A stretch of DNA of 64,000 nucleotides from assembly GCA_937903135.1 (NCBI GenBank), contig CALDAH010000028.1, positions 2,474 through 66,473 on the forward strand. Reading direction: 5' to 3'. Positions 29,319 through 37,081 of this stretch are shown piece after piece. The notes under the pieces are model-generated. The model ran no database searches. It had not been told where the DNA came from and saw only the letters and a program-made list of their open reading frames with translations. Source of the DNA: an uncultured Alphaproteobacteria bacterium (GTDB lineage: Bacteria > Pseudomonadota > Alphaproteobacteria > Rs-D84). How positions within the stretch are numbered: position 1 is the stretch's first letter; each line of letters starts with the position of its first letter. Made by a program: the position numbers and the translations under genes.

Positions 29319-30572
29319 ATGTTTTCTAAACTAGAACGTAAAATTGCATTCAGATATATGTGGGCGAAAAAACGCGGGTTTGGTTCTGTGATCTCGTGGG
29401 TGTCGCTAATTGGCATAATGCTAGGGGTCGCGACGCTGATCGTCGTTATGTCGGTTATGGGGGGATTTCATGATACGCTGCTGTCGCGTATTGTCGGGAT
29501 GAACGGTCACGTGGTTGTATATCACCAGGATGGCGCGATTACCGATTATGATTTCTTGGTTGATAAAATGCGGCAAAACAAGGTCGTCGCCGCGAACGCG
29601 GTTGGAATTGTTCCGATCGCCGAAGGGCAGGTTATGGTAACCGCCAACGGGAATAATTCCGGTGCAATGATCCGTGGTATTCGTATGCCGGATTTAATTG
29701 CAAAAACACACGCCGGAACACGTATTTACGGTAAATCATTGGATAAAATATCCGACGGGGAATTGGTTGCCGGCAACAGCTTAAACCGCGCGCTTGGCGT
29801 TACGATGGGGGATAAGGTTTCACTTGTATCGGCAAATGGTGCAACGCCAACGCCATTTGGGACTATGCCGCGAATAATGTCATATCCGGTTATGTCGTCG
29901 TTTTTTATGGGCATGTATGAATATGATTCCGGGTATATATTTATGCCCCTTGAAACGGCCCAGAAATATTTAAATATCGGAAATGCCGTAACGCATATTG
30001 ATATATTTTTAAAAGACCCCGAGGATACAACCGCCGTTCGCGATGCATTGTCGCGTTTGTTGCCGGACGGGTTTGTTGTCCGTGATTGGCGGGATTTAAA
30101 CAGTGGCTTTGTCGGCGCGCTGCAGGTTGAATCTAATGTTATGTTTTTAATATTAATGTTAATTGTAATCGTTGCTGCGTTTAATATCGTATCGTCGCTG
30201 GTTATGTTGGTGAAAGATAAATCAAAAGATATCGCCGTTCTGCGAACGTTCGGGGTATCACGTCGTTCAATGATGAAAATATTCATTTTATCGGGAACAA
30301 GTATCGGCGCAATCGGGGCATTTTTCGGGACTGTATTCGGCGTATTGATCGCGATATATATTGAACCAATCCGTCGCGCGGTTCAGGTAATAACCGGCCG
30401 TGATTTATTCCCTGCGGAATTATATTATTTATCGGAATTACCGTCAAAGCTAATTCCGACAACAGTTATTGGCATTGCATTACTCGCGATATTACTATCG
30501 TTTCTGGCAACGCTTTACCCCGCATGGAAAGCGGCAAATACCGACCCCGTTGATGTGCTGCGAAATGAATAA
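29319..30572 (+). CDS. lolC: lipoprotein-releasing system permease LolC/LolE family
   Basis: 417 aa with N-terminus FRYMWAKKRGFGSVISWVSLIGIMLGVATLIVVMSVMGGF, a periplasmic MacB-like domain, and a C-terminal FtsX 3-TM domain. Confidence 0.85.
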   Translation: MFSKLERKIAFRYMWAKKRGFGSVISWVSLIGIMLGVATLIVVMSVMGGFHDTLLSRIVGMNGHVVVYHQDGAITDYDFLVDKMRQNKVVAANAVGIVPIAEGQVMVTANGNNSGAMIRGIRMPDLIAKTHAGTRIYGKSLDKISDGELVAGNSLNRALGVTMGDKVSLVSANGATPTPFGTMPRIMSYPVMSSFFMGMYEYDSGYIFMPLETAQKYLNIGNAVTHIDIFLKDPEDTTAVRDALSRLLPDGFVVRDWRDLNSGFVGALQVESNVMFLILMLIVIVAAFNIVSSLVMLVKDKSKDIAVLRTFGVSRRSMMKIFILSGTSIGAIGAFFGTVFGVLIAIYIEPIRRAVQVITGRDLFPAELYYLSELPSKLIPTTVIGIALLAILLSFLATLYPAWKAANTDPVDVLRNE

Positions 30573-30585
30573 AGGATAAAAAATA

Positions 30586-31296
30586 ATGGCGAATATATTA
30601 AATTCTTTGTCAAAAGTATCACGAGATGACGTCGTTTTATCCGTTCGTGATATTAAAAAAACCTTTATGGAAGGCGGCCAGCCATTACATATCCTTCGCG
30701 GTGGTGGTTTTGATCTGCATCGCGGTGAAATTATCGCCATGGTCGGCGCGTCCGGGTCGGGAAAATCTACGCTTTTGCAGTGCGTCGGATTATTGGATAA
30801 ACCGACGGCGGGCAGTATTTTAATCGCCGGGATGCCCGTTCAGAAAATGGACGATGAAATGCGTACGCGAATACGCCGTGATAAAATCGGATTTGTATAT
30901 CAGCGACATAATCTGCTATCGGATTTTACAGCGATTGAAAATGTTATGCTGCCAATGCTGGCCGCGGGGATGGAATCAGATGCCGCCACGGCCCGTGCAA
31001 TGAAATTACTGCGTGCTGCAAATGTTGCACATCGTGCATCGCATCTCCCGGGCGAGATGTCAGGCGGGGAACAACAACGAACAGCTGTTGCGCGTGCGCT
31101 GGCGAATACCCCGGATATATTACTGGCCGATGAACCAACCGGCAGCCTGGATCCGGCACATGCCACGGCCGTATTTGATTTGCTTTTGGATTTGGTTCGC
31201 AAAAATAAAATGGCAATGTTATTTGTAACGCACGATATGAATCTGGCCGCGCGGGCGGACCGAACAATTACAATAACCAACGGAATTGTAAAATAA
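30586..31296 (+). CDS. lolD: lipoprotein-releasing system ATP-binding protein
   Basis: Walker A GASGSGKSTLL, signature MSGGEQQR, Walker B LLADEPTGSLD. Adjacent to lolC. Confidence 0.88.
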   Translation: MANILNSLSKVSRDDVVLSVRDIKKTFMEGGQPLHILRGGGFDLHRGEIIAMVGASGSGKSTLLQCVGLLDKPTAGSILIAGMPVQKMDDEMRTRIRRDKIGFVYQRHNLLSDFTAIENVMLPMLAAGMESDAATARAMKLLRAANVAHRASHLPGEMSGGEQQRTAVARALANTPDILLADEPTGSLDPAHATAVFDLLLDLVRKNKMAMLFVTHDMNLAARADRTITITNGIVK

Positions 31297-31317
31297 TATA
31301 AATATAGGAGAGAGAAA

Positions 31318-32049
31318 ATGGCAAAACCGCAAATTAAAAACAAAGAATCGCAAACTGTTATAATCGGCTGCAGCCGTCGTCATAAAATAATAGGGGCGTT
31401 CGCATTACTGGGGTTGTTTATATGCGGATTAATGGTTGGCATCGCGATAAAAAGCGATGAAAATAAAAATATATCCACGCCCGATACGGTGCAAACCGAC
31501 GATCCGGATCGCCCGGTATGTGCGGTCATAGAAGAAATGATGCATGGATGGCTATACCCCGAATCCAGTATAAATATGGATGATCATAATCAAAATATTA
31601 AAACATATTCAATACTTCTGGAAAAGGGTTGTCCGGAAAACGCCGATATATATCGCGAAGGGATTGAACGCGAACAGGCGATATTATCCGCACTGCAAAC
31701 AGTCCCGAATGATACAACATGCGTCGAGATAGAAACTTTATTAATGCCGTACAATCAAAGAATGCAAAGCGCGTATGACTACATAGAACGGGCACAGCGA
31801 TATACTCGCCTCTCCGAGGTTGGATGCCCCAAAAACACCCAGAAATATCGGGAAATGGCGGCACATGATCTGGAAATTGCACGTGCCATTAATGATGACA
31901 TGGAGACCTCTACCGCAGAGGAGATAATTGAAACCTATAAGCGTTTAAATATGCAGGCGGCCGCGACGGATTTTTTAAACAAGATCAAGAAACTAACCAA
32001 CCCGGCCATTGATTTTATCATAGAAATGGAAAAGATAATTAATGAATAA
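31318..32049 (+). CDS. membrane-anchored hypothetical protein with an internal repeat
   Basis: 243 aa with a TM anchor (IIGAFALLGLFICGLMVGIAI). The motif EKGCPENADIYREGIEREQA repeats as SEVGCPKNTQKYREMAAHDLE. Confidence 0.55.
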   Translation: MAKPQIKNKESQTVIIGCSRRHKIIGAFALLGLFICGLMVGIAIKSDENKNISTPDTVQTDDPDRPVCAVIEEMMHGWLYPESSINMDDHNQNIKTYSILLEKGCPENADIYREGIEREQAILSALQTVPNDTTCVEIETLLMPYNQRMQSAYDYIERAQRYTRLSEVGCPKNTQKYREMAAHDLEIARAINDDMETSTAEEIIETYKRLNMQAAATDFLNKIKKLTNPAIDFIIEMEKIINE

Positions 32050-32584
32050 AATATCATATAAAATTTGTGTAATATTATCTCTCGCTGTTCTGGTATTCCC
32101 GGCATATCCCGATGATGCGCCGTCGGTTGCGGAACGGACTAACTGTGCAGAGATTAATGCCGAGATTTTATCATTATCATCTGTTGAAAATCCCGATAGC
32201 GAACAATTGGCGGACATAGAAAAAATGCAGGCGATCTATCGTCGCGATTGTATAAAGCGTGCCGGTGGTCGCATAGCATCCGGGCGCGGGAATGTTGTTC
32301 GCACGATGCCGGAAACCGATGCCGCCGATGCAGAAAAAACGGATCTAGATGACGCCGATAGTAATGCGCCCACAGATGCGCCATCGGCGATGCCGGCCGA
32401 TGATAATTCATCACCCATCCTCTCGCCCGCGCAGGTAATTGCAAATCTGGAATCGGGGCTTTGTGCGGATGGGACTGCGCCAAATCGCTTTGGCTGCTGC
32501 GCCGGTGAAATATTCAAAGACATCGGGGATTTAGTTTTTGCATGCTGTGCAGAAAACGGCGAATGCTTTCCGCCAATGAAATAA
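32042..32584 (+). CDS. secreted Cys-rich hypothetical protein
   Basis: 180 aa. The start overlaps the upstream stop (ATGAATAA). Signal peptide ICVILSLAVLVFPAYP, acidic middle, and a C-terminus with paired cysteines (FGCCAGE...FACCAENGEC). Confidence 0.55.
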   Translation: MNKISYKICVILSLAVLVFPAYPDDAPSVAERTNCAEINAEILSLSSVENPDSEQLADIEKMQAIYRRDCIKRAGGRIASGRGNVVRTMPETDAADAEKTDLDDADSNAPTDAPSAMPADDNSSPILSPAQVIANLESGLCADGTAPNRFGCCAGEIFKDIGDLVFACCAENGECFPPMK

Positions 32585-32651
32585 CGCGGCGTGTAATAAA
32601 TGCTTGCTTTTGGTGAAAATTGGTATATAATCACTGGGCTTTGAATTTGTT

Positions 32652-32726
32652 GCGGGCATAGTACAAAGGCTAGTATGCAAGCCTTCCAAGCTTGAAATGC
32701 GGGTTCGATTCCCGCTGCCCGCACCA
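32652..32726 (+). tRNA. tRNA-Gly (TCC)
   Basis: 75-nt cloverleaf: acceptor GCGGGCA/TGCCCGC, anticodon arm CAAGC-CTTCCAA-GCTTG, T arm GCGGG-TTCGATT-CCCGC, encoded CCA. Confidence 0.92.
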
Positions 32727-32731
32727 AGATT

Positions 32732-32818
32732 GGGCGTGCGCCGGAGTTGGAGAGCCGGGGCAGACTGTAAATCTGTTGGCTTAAGCCTGAGCTGGTTCGA
32801 ATCCAGCCACTCCCACCA
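32732..32818 (+). tRNA. tRNA-Tyr (GTA)
   Basis: 87 nt. Anticodon arm GCAGA-CTGTAAA-TCTGT, long variable arm (GGCTT/AAGCC), T arm GCTGG-TTCGAAT-CCAGC, encoded CCA. One C:U mismatch in the acceptor stem. Confidence 0.88.
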
Positions 32819-32825
32819 GGAAATG

Positions 32826-32850
32826 CCGACCCGTATGGGTCGGTGTTTTT
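32826..32850 (+). terminator. Rho-independent terminator after the tRNA pair
   Basis: CCGACCC-GTAT-GGGTCGG followed by TGTTTTT. Confidence 0.8.
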
Positions 32851-33147
32851 ATTTTGCGTAACATGAAACTTGGCGTATATGTTGGATAATAGCATACGCA
32901 AATCTGTGCTTTTTTAAGATAAAATCGCAAATTTTTTATAAAAATAAATCTGATGAATTTCAGTCTATATTCAATCACAGGTTGTGCAGGTCTGGCGGGC
33001 ATGTGAAAAAATCATATGGCGATGGTTAGCATATGTTTATTGATTTTACCGGTTTATTGTGATTATTAAATTGTCCGATTATTAGCAATTAATTTACAAA
33101 GGTTTTTTTCAAGCCTATGTGATAAAAATTGTGATATAATTATTGTT

Positions 33148-33891
33148 ATGAAAACCGCTATTATCAGAATTTATTTGGAATATATCAGATATCGCATGGG
33201 GCTGCGCAGTTCAATACCTGCGTATTTTATTAATAAAATATGTGTAAATGCACTCGGGACGTCGTTGGTTAATATTATTAATGACGATATGTTTTGTTTT
33301 GATGATTCTGTTAAACGTCGTGGTGTATTTTTGGTTCGCGCTGATTTAGTGCCAATGCTGCATGCCGCATCCCGCGCGCTGCCGGCGGGGTATAGATTAT
33401 TTTTCTATCACGGATATCGTCCGCGTTTATATCAATGGGTTTTATGGCTGCAGAAGATTAACGCGGCGCGATCCGCGAATCCCGGTATGCCGGATGCAGA
33501 TATAGAAAGGGATGTCCGTGCAACCGTTGCGTGTCCGAAAAATGGATATGGCCCGCATCAGACGGGCGGGGCGGTTGATGTAACGATTGTTGACTGTAAT
33601 GGCGTGCAATTGGATATGGGGACTGCGCCGTTGCATCTGGGCATAGAAAGCGTTATGAATTATAAAAACATAACCCCGGTGCAGCGAAATAATCGTAAAA
33701 TATTGGCGTCTGCGATGCAGCAGGCGGGTTTTAATAACTACCCGGCGGAATGGTGGCATTGGTCGTACGGTGATCAGATGTGGGCGGCATATCAGCATAA
33801 ACCGTTCGCAATATACGGCGAGGTGGAATCGCCATTGTATATTTTAACCGACGAAGAAAAACAGATATTGGCTCAGAATAAAATTATTTAG
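33148..33891 (+). CDS. D-alanyl-D-alanine dipeptidase (peptidase M15D, VanX/DdpX-like)
   Basis: 247 aa. GPHQTGGAVDV matches the HxxGxAxD zinc motif, and AEWWHWSYGD is the VanX-type EWWH motif. The start is uncertain, with internal Met candidates. Confidence 0.7.
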   Translation: MKTAIIRIYLEYIRYRMGLRSSIPAYFINKICVNALGTSLVNIINDDMFCFDDSVKRRGVFLVRADLVPMLHAASRALPAGYRLFFYHGYRPRLYQWVLWLQKINAARSANPGMPDADIERDVRATVACPKNGYGPHQTGGAVDVTIVDCNGVQLDMGTAPLHLGIESVMNYKNITPVQRNNRKILASAMQQAGFNNYPAEWWHWSYGDQMWAAYQHKPFAIYGEVESPLYILTDEEKQILAQNKII

Positions 33892-34079
33892 AAACATCGT
33901 ATCTCAGAGAAATTAATATCGCTAATAATTCCCGCGTGCGCATTAAATCGCGTGGACAATAATTACGTTATTTAGACTTTGGGCAGAATAAACGCGCACG
34001 GGGATTTTGCATAATAATTCAACCGTGGGTTGAAAGCGTGCTGAGAAGTAGTGCGTATGCGTCATGCGGGCGGGGCGGA

Positions 34080-35699
34080 TTATTCTTCTATTTCTATGCT
34101 GTCTATGTAGGTTTTGCTGATGCTTTCAAGTGATACCGGCTGAAAATCCGGGTCTGTGATTATGTCACTGTCATCCTCGGGCAGGATGGATATAACCGTC
34201 GGACGCGGGCTCGCATCGGGCGTGGTCGTTGCGTTCGCACCATATGTTTTTGACCGATACTTTGATCGCAGCCGTTCCGGAATCTGGATATAATTCATCG
34301 GATTTATTCCCGGTGTTTCCAATGCCATCGCACGGGCCGGCGTAATATGACGCTGTTCAATATTATATAATGGCGTCATGAAATTAGTTGCCGCTGGCTT
34401 TATATCACGCGGCGTGCCTGATCCGTTTAATTCCACAATACGCATCGCGCGTTCGTTATCCCCCGTCGGGCGCAGGCGAATTAAGCCATCCATACCCATA
34501 TATCCGCTGGGGTTTAGCAGATATGCCGCATTTGATTTATCCGAGTTTAGCATCCCGATTGCCATATTCGCCGCGTCATATCCAAACGTTGCCAACCGGG
34601 ACGGCGTCCCCCCTGCGATTTGGTCATAGAGGTTAGCAAATTCTGCATTTATTTCCGGCAGCGTTGCAAACTTTGCCCCGGACATTGTAAAATCAGATGC
34701 GATATCCGATCCGTCCCAGACGGCCGTGCCATAAAATCGTGCGTCACGTGCCCCGACCCCGTAATAGCGCATAAACGACGCCAGGCTTTTTGTATCATCG
34801 CCCGAGCCTAGGAATAAAACCGCGTCATATGGGACGGGCCCTAATGTATCGTTTTTAGATAGTCGGTCAAGTTGCCGCGTTAGATTTGATTTTTCAATCG
34901 CGGTTAGACGTTCGTTTGTTAATATATCCGATAATATCTCACGCGCACGGTTATTCGCGGCCACGCGTGCCGTATTCATCGTCGCCGCAGACGTTGTGTT
35001 TTTTATAGAATCCGCATCCTTTTCGGTATAGAAAAATACACCGGATACCTGGATATCATATATGGCGGCGGCGGCGCGTGCTGTGCCCGCCATTAATCGG
35101 CCCGATTGCGTGTCCGGGGCGAATATTATAAATTGGCGAACATGGTCGGACTGCATTTCTTTTACGATCGCCTCGACACTATTGGTTGGCATCAGCGCCA
35201 TTGTCATAACGCCATTGCCGACGGCCGTGGCGTCGGATGTAAATGATAACACCGGCATCTGTTCCGGTTTTGCCGTACGTACCGCGCGCGCATCACCGGC
35301 GAACAGTGGCCCGATAATAATATCCGGCATCGTCTGCAGTGCCCGGGTGATTTCCGCACCGCCGTCGGCCGCGCTGTCATAAAACGTTACCGCCAGATTT
35401 TGCGGCGCACGCTGCAGTACGGCCATTTCAATTGATGTCCGTATTGCCCGGCCGGCCGATGCCCCGTTGCCAGATAGCGGCAGCAAAACCGCCATATGAC
35501 GCGCGGCGGTGGGCGTCATATTATCAGAGGCCGATATAATATCCACGGCCGTGCCGTATTGCATCTGGGCGGGCGTTCCCGCGTCCGCGTTGTCGTATTC
35601 AACGCGCCATTTGCCATCCGGGGTGGATACGCATCCCGATAATGTAAACAGAACCGAACAAATCCCAAAAAATTTATTTATAGACATTGAAAAATCCAT
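34080..35699 (-). CDS. penicillin-binding protein activator (LpoA/LppC-like periplasmic binding-fold lipoprotein)
   Basis: Lipobox LFTLSGC and a type-1 periplasmic binding-protein-like body. It is divergent from rsmI, as E. coli lpoA (yraM) is from rsmI (yraL). The track start at 35741 would overlap rsmI, so 35699 or 35687 is more likely. Confidence 0.5.
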   Translation of the reverse strand: MDFSMSINKFFGICSVLFTLSGCVSTPDGKWRVEYDNADAGTPAQMQYGTAVDIISASDNMTPTAARHMAVLLPLSGNGASAGRAIRTSIEMAVLQRAPQNLAVTFYDSAADGGAEITRALQTMPDIIIGPLFAGDARAVRTAKPEQMPVLSFTSDATAVGNGVMTMALMPTNSVEAIVKEMQSDHVRQFIIFAPDTQSGRLMAGTARAAAAIYDIQVSGVFFYTEKDADSIKNTTSAATMNTARVAANNRAREILSDILTNERLTAIEKSNLTRQLDRLSKNDTLGPVPYDAVLFLGSGDDTKSLASFMRYYGVGARDARFYGTAVWDGSDIASDFTMSGAKFATLPEINAEFANLYDQIAGGTPSRLATFGYDAANMAIGMLNSDKSNAAYLLNPSGYMGMDGLIRLRPTGDNERAMRIVELNGSGTPRDIKPAATNFMTPLYNIEQRHITPARAMALETPGINPMNYIQIPERLRSKYRSKTYGANATTTPDASPRPTVISILPEDDSDIITDPDFQPVSLESISKTYIDSIEIEE

Positions 35700-35735
35700 T
35701 TTATTTTGTATCATTTTACTATAAAAGGAAAACGA

Positions 35736-36530
35736 ATGCAAACCGGGCTTTATATTGTTGGAACGCCAATAGGAAATATGTCGGATATGTCACCGCGGGC
35801 GATTGATGTTTTGCGTACGGTGGATTTAATCGCGGCCGAGGATACACGTGTATTTGGAAAGATCGCGGCCCGTTTTGATATTAAAACGCCACGCGTCGCA
35901 TGTCACGAGCATAATGAACGTGATGTCATACCGGATTTAATTGAAAAGATTCAGTCGGGGATGTCGGTCGCTGTCGTATCTGATGCCGGAATGCCGGGGG
36001 TAAGCGATCCCGGTTTTCGTATTGTTCGGGCCGCACGTGATGCGAATGTGCCGGTATTTGTTGTCCCCGGGCCGACGGCTGTGATATCGGCGTTGGTATT
36101 ATCAGGATTCCCGACGGATCGGTTTACGTTCTGTGGTTTTCTTGATGAAAAAAAATTGGCCGCCGATAATAAGCTGCGTCATACATTGGTTTATTATGAA
36201 AGCCCTAATCGGGTAATGGCAACGATTGCGGCGATGGCCCGCGTTATGCCTGAACGAAAAATCGCAATAGTACGCGAGATTACAAAAATCTATGAACAGA
36301 CCATAATCGGGTATCCGGCGGATTTAATGCACATAGAACCGCCCCGCGGCGAGATTGTTATTGTTGTATCCCCCGCGCCCGAGCATAAAATGTCAGATTC
36401 CGAAATCGCTGATATTGTAAATGATATTGCGGCGACGTCTATGAAATCTGCGGCGGCGGATTTGGCGGCACGCGCGGGGATTTCAAAAAAAGATGCATAT
36501 CGGCGTCTGTTAAACAAGGGGGAAAAATGA
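35736..36530 (+). CDS. rsmI: 16S rRNA (cytidine1402-2'-O)-methyltransferase
   Basis: LYIVGTPIGNMSDMSPRAIDVLRTVDLIAAEDTR, SDAGMPGVSDPG, and YESPNR are the RsmI/tetrapyrrole-methylase pattern. The start at 35736 has AAGGAAAA upstream. Confidence 0.88.
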   Translation: MQTGLYIVGTPIGNMSDMSPRAIDVLRTVDLIAAEDTRVFGKIAARFDIKTPRVACHEHNERDVIPDLIEKIQSGMSVAVVSDAGMPGVSDPGFRIVRAARDANVPVFVVPGPTAVISALVLSGFPTDRFTFCGFLDEKKLAADNKLRHTLVYYESPNRVMATIAAMARVMPERKIAIVREITKIYEQTIIGYPADLMHIEPPRGEIVIVVSPAPEHKMSDSEIADIVNDIAATSMKSAAADLAARAGISKKDAYRRLLNKGEK

Positions 36531-37081
36531 TTAGATTCGTAGGGGGCTTTGATCGCGTGTCAGATTTGCCAAAAACGCAATTCCCCGAATATGCATTTGT
36601 CGGGCGCAGTAACGTTGGAAAATCATCGCTAATAAACGCGATATGTAACGCGCCGATTGCGCGAACGTCAAATACGCCCGGGCGTACGCAGACGATAAAT
36701 ATGTTCAACATCGGCGATCGCGTTATGATCGTGGATTTACCGGGATATGGATATGCGCGCGTCGCACGCAGTGATGCGATGCGGTGGCTGGCCCGGCTGG
36801 AGGATTATTTGATAAATCGCCGGCAGCTAACGCGGTTGTTTATACTAATTGATTCACGCATAGGCCCGCGGGATTCGGATTTAGATTTAATGGATTTCTG
36901 TGACGCAAATGCAATCCCTTATCAGATCGTATATACCAAAAAAGATAAGCGTGTACGCGAGGAAAAACAGAAAACACTTTCGCATACCGATCACGGGGCA
37001 ATGATGCCAGATATATTGGAAACATCCGCCGAAAAAAAATTCGGCATAGATACTATGCGAGCAATCATTGGAATTAAATAA
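36527..37081 (+). CDS. engB: ribosome biogenesis GTP-binding protein YihA/EngB
   Basis: FVGRSNVGKSSLINAI (G1), DLPGYGYA (G3), TKKDK (G4). The start overlaps the rsmI stop (ATGA). Confidence 0.88.
   Translation: MIRFVGGFDRVSDLPKTQFPEYAFVGRSNVGKSSLINAICNAPIARTSNTPGRTQTINMFNIGDRVMIVDLPGYGYARVARSDAMRWLARLEDYLINRRQLTRLFILIDSRIGPRDSDLDLMDFCDANAIPYQIVYTKKDKRVREEKQKTLSHTDHGAMMPDILETSAEKKFGIDTMRAIIGIK

Noticed and set aside
32236-33002. Minus-strand ORFs of 221 aa and 73 aa overlapping the tRNA-Gly/tRNA-Tyr genes.
   Set aside because: They overlap two well-folded tRNA genes, a terminator and the 3' end of a supported plus-strand CDS. They have no RBS or motif support.
33910-34000. Imperfect inverted repeat CCCGCGTGCGC ... 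GCGCACGGGG in the vanX-like / LpoA-like convergent spacer.
   Set aside because: It is a bulged stem with a loop of about 55 nt and no flanking T-tract. It is probably a weak or degenerate terminator and is not distinctive.
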